This document shows, piece after piece, positions 38,960-52,284 of a DNA stretch of 64,000 nt (position 1 is the stretch's first letter; each line of letters begins with the position of its first letter). A program made the position numbers and the translations under genes. The DNA lies in NCBI RefSeq assembly GCF_009914755.1, contig NC_060947.1, one strand, 5' to 3'. The notes beneath the pieces were generated by a model that searched no databases, was not told the DNA's origin, and saw only the letters and a list, made by a program, of their open reading frames with translations. This DNA comes from the human T2T-CHM13v2.0 reference genome, Homo sapiens.

Positions 38960-39128
38960 TCATGGTTCTCAACCATGGCCGTACTTTACAATCCTCTAGG
39001 GAGCATTAAACAAAAAAATGATGCCTGGGCCCCACCCCAGACCTATTAAATCAGAATCTCTGGGGGTAACACCTGAGAATAGGTATATTTTTAAACTCCC
39101 CAATCATTCTATAGGACAACCTGAGTTA
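38960..39128 (+). mobile_element. MER5-family DNA transposon
   Basis: tggttctcaaccatggc...gatgcctgggccccaccccagacctattaaatcagaatctctggggg. Confidence 0.85.
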
Positions 39129-39130
39129 GT

Positions 39131-39607
39131 GTATTAGTCAGCTATTGTCGTGACACTCCCATGTAACAAACAAACTCCCAATCACCAGTAGCTTACAACC
39201 ACAGACATTTGTTTTTCTCACTCACAGATTTGCAGATCAGCTGCAATTCAGCTGATTTCAGCTAGCACCATCGGACTCCTCTCCAGATTGTAAACTGGGT
39301 TTAGATCTGCTGTACTTTGGTCATCCAGACAAATGGCTATGCAGGAGAAGTTCTCTCCAGGGTGATGGGTGGAGCATAAGAGGCCAAGCCAAACCATGCA
39401 AGCACATGGAAAGCCTCAGTGTACATCACAGCCATTAACTTTCCACTAGCCAAAGCGAGTCTCATGGTCAAGTCTAGCATCAAGGAGGTAGGAAATATAG
39501 CTGACTCCAGTAGGAAGAACCACAAAGTTACATGGCAAAAGCTATGGAAGTATCATTTCCTAACAGGGAGGGGGTCAGAATTGGAAATAGTAAGCTGATC
39601 TATCACA
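39131..39607 (-). mobile_element. MLT1 (H/I-like) solo LTR
   Basis: tgtattagtcagctattg...ccactagccaaagcgagtctcatggtcaag...atctatcaca. Confidence 0.8.
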
Positions 39608-39679
39608 GTTGGGAACCATTAGCCTACAGGCTAAGGATTCATTCTTCTCCCAAGTGATTTCTGTAAAGGGATCCTGCTG

Positions 39680-39850
39680 TTTATGGGGTTCAGGTTCCCC
39701 ACTTATTACCTGTGTACCACGAGCAAGTCACTTAACCTCCCTCATTCTCAGTCTTTCAGTGTGTAAAATGGGGATGGTAATTCCTAACCTGCCTCTATCA
39801 AAGGGCCGGAGAAAGGGGAAAGTAAATGAGTGCATGTGAGAACACACTGC
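39680..39850 (+). mobile_element. MIR fragment
   Basis: gagcaagtcacttaacctccctcattctcagtctttcagtgtgtaaaatggggatg. Confidence 0.8.
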
Positions 39851-40149
39851 TTTCTCTCTGCCTAGCCTCAGTGAGAAAGACCATTGCAACATATAAAAGA
39901 GTTGAATCAAAAGTCAGGGACACAGTGAACAATCTGTGTACATGTCTATGTGTGTAATTTAGAGTTCCTAAAGGTGCCTGGAGGTGAGTCAAGAGCCTGA
40001 GGCAGGGCCCTGAGCCAGCATCTCTCAGCCTGGCATGGCCTGGAAGGCCAGTGAAGGTCTGCCCTCCCCGACTTGGAGGCCTTGACCTAAGGCAGCAGAT
40101 TCTGTTGAGTCATCTACAAGTCTATGAAGCACCTCCCCATCCCCGCTTC

Positions 40150-40564
40150 CCAGCTGAAGCTTTCATTTTCCTAGCTGCCAGTGTCAGCTGCTGAAGATGT
40201 GAGCATCCTTGAGATTCTGAGACGCTGAACATCTCCCCTTCTCGGGATTGCAACAGAGTTGGTTTCAACCAACGTCACCTCCCTTCCCATGGACAGCCAG
40301 CTTCTGACAACAGATGGATGCTGGACTATAAAGACACTGCCTCCTTCCTTCAATTTCAGGACAACTCAGCAGGGATATCCCAGTCCCAGTGGTCCTCGTG
40401 GGATCAGCTGACCTTCCAGTGCAATCCCATCCCAGTTCAACTTCTCTGCCCAGTTCAGCTTCCTGTATCCCTTATAGGTATTGATCCTATTCTCCCTGAT
40501 ACAGCTCTCCTTCCCTGCAAATCTCCAACCACAGCCTGCTTCCTGGAGAACCCGACCTAGGACA
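40150..40564 (+). mobile_element. ERVL solo LTR (LTR40/41/16-like)
   Basis: caatttcaggacaactc...gtgggatcagctga...tgcttcctggagaacccgacctaggaca. Confidence 0.7.
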
Positions 40565-40984
40565 ACACACCATGAGGAATAGTCACAGAGTTCTTTCCAG
40601 ACCAGACCGAGGGCATTTCAACCTAAATCAGAGACCATCTTGGAAACCCTGAGGGCCCATCAGCCAAAGGGGCCCTCCCCTAGCCAACAAATCTTAGCCA
40701 CTGGCCACAGACCACAGGTCACTGGAATGTGTGGTGTGGTAGTGTATTGTGTGACATCAGATGCTAGACTCGATCAGAAAAAAAAATAGAGTCCTCTTCA
40801 ATAGAAGGACTCCAGCTGCAACTGAAGTTGGAGCCCCCAGGATGCCCCCTCCCTGCTGTTTGTGCTGTGAGTGTGTATTTGCGTGTGTATTTGTGTAGTT
40901 GGAGTGAATAAATGTTTAAATCAGTGTGTCAGTTATAATTACAGCGGCTCTCCCTTCTTCATCGCGGAATGATTCCTTCATGCT

Positions 40985-41270
40985 TAACGCCTGGAATGTC
41001 ATTTTCCACTGTGAAATCCTTATTCTTCAAGGCCTAGTGCCAAAGTCAGCTTCTGATGCACTTCCCCCACCCACTCGCAGCTCCCCATCCCCCAGACTGG
41101 AGCCAGTCTCTCCCTCAGCTGCAACCCTGGCACTTGTGAGTTGCACTCAACATCCTCAGCATCTACTCTCCACCCCACATCTCAATCTCCTTGAGGGCAG
41201 GGGCCGTGGCTGCTCTTCCCCTCAGTGCTGGTTACACAGTGGGTGATTAATCCAGACCAATGAATGAAAA
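40985..41270 (+). mobile_element. L2 3' fragment
   Basis: gcctggaatgtc...ctccttgagggcaggggccgtg...aatgaatgaa. Confidence 0.6.
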
Positions 41271-43832
41271 ATGAGGCTGGGGGAGAAGCTGTGAATTCTG
41301 GCCATGCCCCCAGAGAAAGCACCCTAACCAGGTGTCTGGGGGTGCTGCCCATAGAGGTTTCCTGGAGCTATAAGATTCCCAGCATTCAAAAAGGAACAGA
41401 CCCGCCCCTCCTGTGCCACACCTGGCCCCACCCCACACTTGGTTAGTGACCCTCCATGCAAAGTATCTGGTTTCCCTGGCACCTGGGAAAAGGCTGGAGA
41501 ACAGCTGCCCCCACCCCACCCCAGTGTGAAAGAGGGGTGCCCCAGACCTCTATTCCCTCACTCTGGACTGGTTGTCTACACAGCTAGTGACAGGTGCCAC
41601 CACTTTGGACTGACGGAGCAATGTGTGATTGGAACTGATCAAGTTATCAACATACAGTTTGATGGGTGTTTGGAGCGGGTGTTAACCTGGGGGAAAAGCC
41701 ACTGATTTTCACTGGAAGTAAGCCTAAGTAGAAAGGCTCACCTTGCTGAAGGAGCTTTCCCTGCCCCCACTGCAGCCCCTTAACCCGCTCCCTTCCCATC
41801 CTTGGGGAGGGTCTCCAGGGAAGGCATGAAAGGTGGGAGGAATGAGGCACAGCCAGATCCTTGCTAATCCTCTCTTAAAACCGCAGCTGAGGCAGCCAAA
41901 CGTGCCTGCCCTCTGAAGGGCCTTTCAGACAGTAGCGTGTGTTTGGGAAACCTTATTTTTTAAACCACCTCCCCAGTTCTCTCTCCCCCTAAAAATGAAA
42001 GAACCATCAACTCCTAGCCTGGGTTTCACCGTGCACTGTACTAGGGAAACCCCCCCGGGAAGACAGGCTCCCTGCTGGAGAAATGTTCCTCCTGCACAAA
42101 GCTCTGCAGCAGACCCCAGATGGGGGCTCGGGCCCCCATCCTTCTGGGGCCTGCGTTCCTCAGGGGAGAAATAATTGGCCTGTCTATAGAGCATCAGGAT
42201 TCAAATAAAGCTTAAAAATGCACGCAGCCCTGAGAATTCTACAAATGTGGAATTACAAATGATGGCCCACCACCATATACACACACGTGCACACACAGCC
42301 CTGAAGGCCACCTCTGCTTTTCTCTCTGATTGTTTCCCAGATCCACCTGACTCAAATAAACCCACTCTCATTTGAACTGGAGGTAATCAGGGTGGAAAAT
42401 ACCCCGTTCCGTTGGTGCAGGTCCAAACTGTCACCATTTGGCATCCTGACACACCGATGTCCCCATCAGCTGTTAACGTCAGCCAAAGGGGCCCTCCCCC
42501 AGTCAACAAATCAGAGATTTCATTAACCAGCAAAGCCTCCCGGAAGGATGAGCGACCTCACGTGGGCCTCCCCCCATCTCCCTCACTGCCCCGCTCCCTT
42601 CTGCTACACAAACAGGCTCACAGCAACTAGATTGGATTCAGATCTTGTAGATGAAGAAATTCAGATACGACAGCAGCGCCTCGCCAGACCCGGAGCGAGG
42701 GCCAAGCCCCACATGGCAGCTGGGCTGCCTCGGTAATAACCACTCGTAATATCTGACAGAAAGAACCCACGCTGGTCATATCCGATCCTGCCACATGAAA
42801 AGAAGCATTACACCAGCCTCTCGGGGGCCGGGGCTAGGGGAGAGCCTCCGCACAAATCAGAAACATTTTCCACGAAGCTGCTATTCAAGGGCTGCAAAAT
42901 CAACAGGGGCTGCTTTCCTAACATCCTGAGAGATGCTATTATTCTCCGGGCGGTGCAGCTCACAGAACGCAGCAAGGCCAGCTTAACCCGAATTCACTGA
43001 GCATTTGGCATTTCTGAGCTCAGAGGCCTTGAACGGGTGGGAACAAAAACCCATTCTGGTTGTGGGAGTGGGCTGTGGGGCTCCACAGGGGTGACATTCT
43101 AAATATTTAACAACGGAGACAGCCTGGGCCTCTGCCATTCAGAATGAGCCCCAGCCTCAGCCCTGGGGCAGGAACATGGGTGCCTCAGGCTATGGCAAGC
43201 AGCCCAGGTGGAAGGGACACTTGGGACAATGACAGAGAAGCATTTCAATACTATAGCAACTGGTAGGGCTATTGGGATGAACCCTGGTCCAGAAGCCCCT
43301 CCTGAGCCATGCTAGGGGGTGCCTGCTCATAGCATCTCATTCTTTGGGCCCACGACAGCCCTGAGCCACCCCTCCTCAGCCAAAAGCTTCCAGACACAGG
43401 GCCATGCCCTTGTAGAGCCAGGACTACATGATTGAGTCTTTCAAGGCCCATGCCCACCTGAAGCAGAAACTTACAACTCAAGGCTCCCAGCATGTTTCAC
43501 CATGGCTGGATTTTAAATGCTGAGCGTCCCTAGACACACCCAACCACCTGTGATAAATACACAAGTAATGGCCCTGTCAATACTCCCCACCACCTCAAAT
43601 TCTTGTCCTTCACATCTTTTCATTGCGGCAGCATTGTCCTAGCCAGGAAGAAAGGGCTAGATTCCCCCAGCCCTGTCTCTGTCTCTGCAACCCCAAGCTC
43701 CCAGCCCCGTCCTCCTCCTGGCTTAGCCTTGTACACCTATGGGGGTCTTAGAGGCCAAAGTCACTCAGGGACATTGAGTCTCCAAATCTTTACCTTTTTG
43801 GTGTAAGGCAGCTTTGTCATGGTGGACCTTGA

Positions 43833-44261
<429 letters not shown>

Positions 44262-44329
44262 TGACAGGTAGTGTATGCTGAAATCTCATGGGTTGGGATG
44301 AAAACAAATTAAGTGTATATAATTCACTT

Positions 44330-44485
44330 CACTCTTACTCAATTTCCCTGCCTGTAAAATCAGGCCAGTATAGCTTCTCTGTGCCTCAGCTTACTCATCC
44401 AGAAAATGGGATGAATAGGCACCCTGCCAATATCACAGGGCTACTATAAGGACCAAATGATATGTGTGAAAGTGAGCCTTGTAAG
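44330..44485 (+). mobile_element. MIR fragments
   Basis: cttctctgtgcctcagcttactcatccagaaaatgggatga. Confidence 0.7.
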
Positions 44486-44799
44486 CTATAAAAATAACAC
44501 CCCAAACGAGCCTCTAAATAGGCGAAACCCCTGCACAGCTAAAATGCTCTCTCTACCAAGTCTGCCCTAAGCCAGCCCACTGTGCCTGCGTTTTCTTGGC
44601 CAGTATTGCTCTAGTGCAATTGTCTGAGGACAAAACAGCCCCAGCACTCGGGCAAGGACCCAAGGCAAGACAGCCTCGTCACCTCAGCATTTCTATAAAA
44701 AGATTGCTCAGACTCTGGAGCCTGGCTGACAGGCAGGGCTGAAAGGGTGTGTGCATGTGTGCATGAGTGTGTGTGTGTGCACGCATGCACACGCACACA

Positions 44800-45600
44800 T
44801 GCACGCAATGAAATGTTCTCGTAACAGCTGGCGTGGGCCAAGAATCCATGCTCACCCTAAATCCCCGAGCCCCACTGGCAGGAGGGGAATGGATTCAAGG
44901 AAGGGTAGAGAGGCTGAGAGAGAGAGAGAGAGCGCTGTGCATCGAAGAATAGGTCTGGGCAAAGAGATGTCTGCGGTGCTGGTCTGTCGCTCCGAGCAGC
45001 CAACACAATGGACCTCTGGGTGGGCTCAGAGAGACCCCCCAACCCCCCGACCTCCTGCCCGTGACACAGATAAGGACCTGGAGGACTGCTCTGAGCTTCT
45101 GTGTGTGCCCTGGGCCAGCCGGCAGCGAGGCCAGTCTGGTGTGAGTGGCAGCAAAGATAAACGGCGGCCGCGCGGGCATTGAATGCCCCGACACAAAAGG
45201 CCGCCTCTCCCCGAGTCCCTCTGAGGCCCAGATGGTCAGGGAAGCCCTTTCCCGCCTCACAAAGAGGATCGCTGCGTGTCTTTTTCTTTTAAAATGGAAT
45301 AAAAAAAAAAAGCCATTGCTCACAAAGGACCTGGATGAAAAATAAACCCTTAAAAAAACCCAGCCTCTCCTCGCTCAGCAGCCCGGCATTTCTTCCGACT
45401 GTCAGACTTAGCAGATTGCTTTCTGGAAAGGATCCAATTGGCAAGACCTGCCGCTGTGCAAATGAAATTTTAAAACCCCATTCCTTGTTGCACTCAAAGA
45501 GCTTTTCTCTCTCTGCTTGTTCTACACGGCCTCGTAGAATTATTCTCTTGTCTCTCGTTGTATCAGAAACTAATATTCCCCCACTTTCCCTCCCCACGTG
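44800..45600. promoter_or_regulatory. CpG-retaining candidate regulatory element
   Basis: About 25 CpGs by hand count in 44940-45600, including cggcggccgcgcgg (NotI site 45164-45171) next to AGATAA; no recognisable repeat. Confidence 0.5.
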
Positions 45601-46204
45601 AGGGGTCCTCACCCCAGCTGGGGATTTGGGTAATCAGGGACGTCTGGAGCACCACTCCAGACCCCCAAGTTGATTCCCCACCTGGGCTTCATCTCACAGA
45701 ATCACCTACTAATTAGGAGAGAGACTTGCTCCTGAAGAGAATAAACACTTCCACGCTGCCTCCCTCCCTCCCCGGCTCCCTGCCCCCGCCTCGGTAATGA
45801 GATAAGTGTTTGGGGGATGAGGGAGAGAGGATGACGGGGACGTTCTTCACACACAAGGTTTGACACCCGTCAGGCCCGTGACACTAGCTCTGTTTGGCTG
45901 GCATCCCCGTGGTGAAAAGTCAGCAGAAAAAAATAGCCACAGGACTTGTCTGGGTTTGACAGGCTGCCTCACAGAGTGATGAACTTGGAGAGAAGAAGCC
46001 ACGTGATGTGTCGGAAAGTGTCCCAGGCCTGGGAGCCAGGAGACCTGGGTTCCAATTCCAAGTCTGCCCCTAATAACAGTGTACCAGGCACAGTGCTCGG
46101 CTCCATACATGTGTTCTGTTCTGCTTTCCTTGGAGCTAGTGTCATTCTCAGGTTAGATACCGGCACTATGAGACAGGCAAATGTTGCTCAAAACATTGCC
46201 TCAT

Positions 46205-46510
46205 GGGGGTAGATTGCATTACTGGTCCCCATTCCTCATCCTTCCTTGTAGCCATGCCATTGGCCATGAGACTTTGCAGCTCTTCTCATATTTTCTCACC
46301 CCTTGATTCTGGGTTCAACCATATGACCTGCTTTGGCCAATGGAATGATCCAGAACAAACAATACACCCACCAAGTACCGACCTCAAGAGTCACGGCCAG
46401 TTCTGCTCACCCTCTTGTGTCCCTGTCATTCAATGAAAAGAGCTTCCTCTGAGTGACTGCTGCCCCTTAGCCTGAGCCCCAGATGAACACATGTGGAGCA
46501 GACCCAATTT
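46205..46510 (+). mobile_element. MLT1 (I/J-like) LTR
   Basis: ccccttgattctgggttcaaccatatgacctgctttggccaatggaatg...acacatgtggagcagacc. Confidence 0.75.
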
Positions 46511-47210
46511 ATAAATGACCTTTAGGGTAATGACATCCCACCTCCCACTGGTGGCTGCCTGTATTTGACATTTTAAAAAGAAGGTACTCACTGCAGCAAT
46601 CTTGAAAGATGTCTGTTAAATTCCACTCCTGCCCTATCTGGGGAAGGGGTATTAATACCTAATTATTCATCCATTCACCACTCACATATTTACTGAGCAC
46701 CTACTCTGTGCTGAAAGCTGGGCCAAATACCCCCAGAAAGAAATATGGGCTGCCAGGCCATGACAATGCCATCCTCCAATAAAAGGAGGATGATCAAGTG
46801 GGAGAACAGCTTGGTTTCCTTAAAGCAGAGCGGTTTCCAAATCTCTGCACCAGGTCACTGAGTTAACCTGAGAAAACTAGTCAAGAATACTGGAAAAGAA
46901 AGAATACATCCATGATCAGCTGATCCATCAACAATAAGTCCTGATTTCTTCAGACGTAAGATGTCATTGACTAAGTTAAGACAAGGAAGAAAAGAAAAAG
47001 AAAAGGAAGTAAGGGAGGTAGGCAGGATACCATTTTAAAGGAATACATCAAATGTAAATGATGGCATCCTAATTTCAGAAATGGTAAAATGTGAAAAGAA
47101 AGTGTGTGTCATAACACCAGGGAAATTCATTCTCTTTTGTGCTCTAAGTCCACTGTCTGTTGAGAGCACAAAGATGCTTAACACAACTTTGGGGATTAAA
47201 GCACAGGATA

Positions 47211-47510
47211 GGCCAGGCACAGTGGCTCAGGCCTGTAATCCCAGCACTTTGGGAGGCCGAGGCTGGCAGTTCACCTGTGGTCAGGAGTTCGAGACCAGCC
47301 TGGCCAACATGGCGAAATCCTGTCCTTACTACAAATACAAAAATTAGCCAGATGTGGTGGCACACGTCTGTAATCCCAGCTACTCAGCAGGCTGAGGCAG
47401 GAGAATCACTTGAACCTGGAAGAGGGAAGTTTCAGTGAGCCAAGATCATGCTGCTGTACTCCAGCCTGGGTGACAGAGCGAGACTCCATCTCAAAAAAAA
47501 AAAAAAAAAA
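47211..47510 (+). mobile_element. Alu (AluSx/Sz-like), full length
   Basis: ggccaggcacagtggctcaggcctgtaatcccagcactttgggaggccgagg...gagactccatctc + poly-A. Confidence 0.98.
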
Positions 47511-49705
47511 GATACTGGAAAGATGCCAGGAATCTTTGTTTTCAATGAATCACAAGGCTTTGTCCAAGTCTCCAGGTGATGTGGCATGCCCCATGTGGGC
47601 CACCAATAAAATAAGTCTTCCAAGATAGTCTTCACCCAAGAGCCTTCCCACAAGCAGGGGCTATGCCTATTATTCAAGATGATGGGAACAGCTGCTTGAG
47701 CCATCCCTAAACCAGGGCTTCAAAATCCATCCAACCTGACAGTCCAAATGGCTCATTGAAAGGGAAGCCTATGCCCAATGGCCATGTGTGGCCACAAAGT
47801 CCACTGCAAGCCAAGGGCTTCTAGAGAGGAAGGCAGAAGGCTGGGGAAATCTTGCACCCAGCAGCTCCCATCCTGGGAAGTTCTGGTGAGTCACAACAAA
47901 TGGAGTGGAGACAATGACAAAATGCCAGGACACTTCTGAACAGGCCTCAGTATTCAAAAGTGTCCAGATCTCAAGGGGCAGGATGAGGACAACGCAGGGC
48001 CAGGACTGGAGCTAGCTCGATTTGTCCTGGGAAAAGGTAGTCAAAAACCTGGGCAGGGGCCCAGCGTCAGCTCCAGCCGAGGCCCCAGAGAGCCAGAACA
48101 GTGGGCCATGCCAGAAGCTCCAAGACTCAGACAGAAAGACAGCCAGTGGCATCTTGAGGCCAGGATGGGAAGGAGACAGTAAGTTCATTTCGTAGGCTAT
48201 CTAATGCCCAGGGGGAAACTCAGAGAGAACTTTCCACCAACTCTGCTAGCTGGTGGGGAGATAGCTGCAGCTGTTTTGCCAGGCTGAAGTCCGGGACTGA
48301 ACCTGGAGGTAAAGCTCATCATTCATCACAGCCCAGGCAAGGCTAACCTCATCCTCCGGCTGCTTCACACCCAGGTCCCAGTTTCCCAGCAAGCCCTTCT
48401 CAGGACTGCCCCTCAAAAACAACAACAGTTGGGACATAGGCATCTAGTACTCACAGGTACAGATGTCCTGACTATTTGGCTCTTGACATGCTTTCAGACT
48501 GATTAGCAGGTAATTACAGCCCTGAGCACCCTACCTCAAGTTCTTCCCACCCACCCAGCCCTCCCCAGACCCTCCCCTAAGACCCAGGGACCTCCAAAGA
48601 AACCAGCAAGTAAACAGTTAAGACCCGCAGAGCAGGTGCCTGTGTCCATCCTAATTGGTCAGGGGCTGTGCCCTCCCAGTTATTAAATGTTTTGAACATG
48701 CCATCTGAGTATATGGCAAATGCCAAGTGTGGCGACCTGTCCAGTTAGTCACTGGCCTGGCATTTCCAACAGCTATGCCCTTCCCCAACCACTAATATGA
48801 GCAGAATGGGGTCTTCTCCATCCCACTCCCTCTAAAGAAACCCAGCAGGCCTACCAAATTCATGGTGACCAGGGATCTCCATGTCACTTCCCTTCAAGCC
48901 TCCCCAACCCATCCTGGTCTCAGCCCCAACTAGATTTTTGGATCTTGACCTAATAGGGACTTAATTTTCTGACTTTAACCTTGACGTTTCTGTAAGATGG
49001 TGATAAACATCACACAGCATGCCTAGTTTTTCATACAGCCCCTGATCTAAATCATGGACCAAACACTAAAAGTATTTGAGCAATGACCATCAATCTCCTT
49101 CAGTCACCTGCAGGCACTGGGGTGTCTTGTGCAAGCTGAGAAATTTCAGCCAGCACATCTGTCATCAGCAGGCCCAGCCCTGCCTGCTGCCACCTCCCTG
49201 GGGAGAATCCGTTCTACTTTGTAGGAGAGAAGGACCCTTTAGTTCATGTCAATTGGAGTATTTCCCCGCAATTCCTGACCAAAGGCATCTACTTGATGGT
49301 CCTGGCTGTTTCAGGCATAGCAGACCGTAAAAAGGGTATACTCAGAGAAGGTGGTTGAGTTCAAGGCCAGCCCAGCATCTGGGCCTCCTTGGGTGAGTCA
49401 CAGGTGGGGCAGGTCTACTGTTGAGGACAGAGCTGCTCAAGTTAGGGTCTTCCTACCTCCTCAGAGACAGTCACCTTCTCACTCTCACTCAACCAGACCT
49501 GGCTTCCTGAACAGAGAGACCCTGGGGTGAAGAGGCTGGCTCTGGCATCCCCTTAGAGCAGGATGGTCATACCACAGCTCTGGAGGCTGAAATCTGGTAC
49601 AGTCTGGTCAGGCCCCTCTTGGGATAGAGGTGGACAAGATCTTTGGCCACTCAAAGGCCCAGGTGGAGGCCAGATACCTGGCAGAACGCATTATATTCCT
49701 GATTC

Positions 49706-50248
49706 TGTTAATCAGGGTTCTCCAGAAAAACAGAACCAATAGGAGATGATAGACAAACTAAAATAGATGATCAATAGATGTTGAGATAGATAGATAGACA
49801 GATAGATTTATCATAAGATACTGGCTCATGCAATTATGGAGACTAAGAAGTCCCACAATCTACTGTCTGCCAGCTGGAGACCAAGGAAAGCTGATGGTGT
49901 AGTTTGAAGCCTGAAAGCTGGACAGGCAGTGGTGTAGATTCCAGTGTGGATCTGAAGGCCTGACAACCAGGAGCACTGAAGGCAGAAGAAGATTGATGTC
50001 CTAGCTCAAGCAGTCAGACACGGAGCTTGAATCTAACCTCCCTCCACCCTTTTGTTCTATTCAAGTCCTCAATAGGTTGGATGATGCCTACACACATTGC
50101 AGAGGGCCATCTGCTTGATTCAGTCCACCAATTCAAATGCTCATCTCACCCAGGAACATCCTCACAGGAACACCCAGAAATAGTGTTTAACCAGCTATCT
50201 GGGCATCCCATAGTCCAGTCAAGTTGACATAAAAAATTAACCATCACA
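49706..50248 (-). mobile_element. MLT2B-type (ERVL) solo LTR with internal degenerate (GATA)n
   Basis: tcagggttctccagaaaaacagaaccaatagga...gtcaagttgacataaaaaattaaccatcaca. Confidence 0.92.
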
Positions 50249-50664
50249 CTGACAAAGTCAGCTACTGGAGCAGTTAGAAAGGAGAAGTGGGGAGTGTCAT
50301 TGGTATGGTCTGGCAAACCTGGGAATCACACCATTGATGTCACTGACTGAGCCTGGGGCTTCCTCCTCTAAAATAGCTGACACTGTCTGCTTCTGAGCTC
50401 TTAAGCATCTCCCAAGGTTAACAACAGATGTTCCCACAGCTGATTCAAGGCTGCAAAGCCTAGGAATTCTTATTAATTCATCCTGGGGAAATAAACCAAG
50501 ATGTTACTCAGGCAAATGCCAACACCTCTGTTAAGAGGTCATTTATGGTGATAAGAGAACAAACCTAAAGGGCCCAAGGGCTCTAGTTGGACGAATTTTC
50601 TAAAAAATTTAGAGGACTGTTCTAGAGGACAGTTGGCAGATTGCAACATAAATAACATTTGATC

Positions 50665-51480
50665 CTTTCAATCATTTATTCATATTGAGCACCAACTATG
50701 CACCAGGCACCATCTTAGATCCTGAAGATGCAGCAGTGATGTAGGGGTCAGTGGCCAGTTGCAGAAAACAGAACCCACTTTTGCTAATTTGAACAGAAAA
50801 TTATTAGTTGCAGAATCTTTGGCATTGCTATAGAAACAAGTTCTAGATTGAGCTTTCAGGAACAACTAACTCACAAACCACACAGCGGGACTAGGCTGTT
50901 AATAGACTGCCGGCTCTGCTGTGATGAGAACCTCTCCATGGTCAAAAAGCCACTGTCTCTGCTGTTGGGCTATACTGCTTCTGCCAAGACCCTCCCAACA
51001 AAACAGATGCCTAGCGTGCTGCCTCTCATCACAGGCACATGAATCAGCACCCAAGTCCAAGACTTGCTGAGTCTTCCAATTGATGAAACCAAAATCACGT
51101 CCAGAACCCTGGCTACCTATCACACAAGCCAATCCACTGTATTTGCCATAAATGATAACCAAGACAGAGCTGATCCCTCCTTCACAGAGTTTCTGTTCTA
51201 GCTGAGGAGATGAACATTAAACCTCCAGTTACCTGATTAATCATCTGAGGAGAATTGGGATAAGTACCTAGAAAAGGAAGCATAGAGTGATATGATGGGG
51301 AATGTGACCCAATCTGGAAGGTCAGGGGTTTGCCTGAGGAAATGGCTGAAGGTAAAGAAGTTAGTTTGTTGAAGAGAGTGAGTGAGAACCTTCCAGAGAG
51401 GGGGAATGGCATGTATGCGCATGGCATGTGCATGTGGCTGGAGACTTGAAGGATGAACAGAAGATTCAGTGCAATGCAGG
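50665..51480 (-). mobile_element. L2 interrupted by an old MaLR-like LTR (about 50741-51125)
   Basis: tcatttattcatattgagcaccaactatgcaccaggcac; resumes ccaagacagagctgatccctccttcacagag. Confidence 0.65.
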
Positions 51481-51599
51481 GAAGGCATTCTCAGCATGTG
51501 TAAGAACATGGATGCAGTGTATGGCTGGTCAAGAGTGAGCTCAGCTGCTGAGAACAGCCTGCCTGGGCACCATTGAAAGGTAGGCACACCCAGAAGTTA

Positions 51600-51790
51600 G
51601 AGTAATAACTACCACTTACCTCATGCCTACTATGTGCCAGACACTGGTTGAAGTATTTTTTAACAGTTAACTCATTTCATCCTCACGACACTATGCTGTT
51701 AGTATCCCTGTTTTCAGATGAGGAAACTGAGGCACAGAGAGATTAAGTAAGTGAGGTGTGGACTGAGTGGCAGAGGACTTTGAATGCAGA
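51600..51790 (-). mobile_element. MIR
   Basis: tgttttcagatgaggaaactgaggcacagagagattaagtaa. Confidence 0.9.
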
Positions 51791-51825
51791 GTTCAGTAAA
51801 TAGTGAATGAGTGGAACAGTTGAAA

Positions 51826-52284
51826 TATGCTAATGGGGTTTATAGCCAATTCTGCACCTCACCCTTTCCCCATCAGTGCATATGGTCCTAACTCCCAGCT
51901 GACAGTACCTGCACCTCTTTGCCTGAGGGCTTCTCTGGTCAAAGCCAGCTCTGCCCACCTATCAGAAGGCCAGGCGTGCCATGGAATTACCAGCACCCCA
52001 GGAGCAGCCCTCCAACCAATGACTGATGGGAGGTGGAGGATAAATACCCCAGCTCCCTTGCCTGTGAATGGGATAACTGTGAGGCACATGTTCTACAATA
52101 ATTCCCGGAGTTCCCCTGTGGAATTGAGCCTCAGCCACTCACAGTAATTTGCTTGCTAACACACCCTGAATTGCTGTCTTCCCTCCCCTGTCCTATATCC
52201 CACCCCCTACCGGTGCTTCCTAGGATCACCTCCCACATAAATTACTGTCACTGAAATCCATGTCAGAAGAGATGTGACTGAAGA
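51826..52284 (+). mobile_element. ERVL solo LTR, LTR16 family
   Basis: ggagcagccctccaaccaatgactgatgggaggtggaggataaataccccagctccct. Confidence 0.85.
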
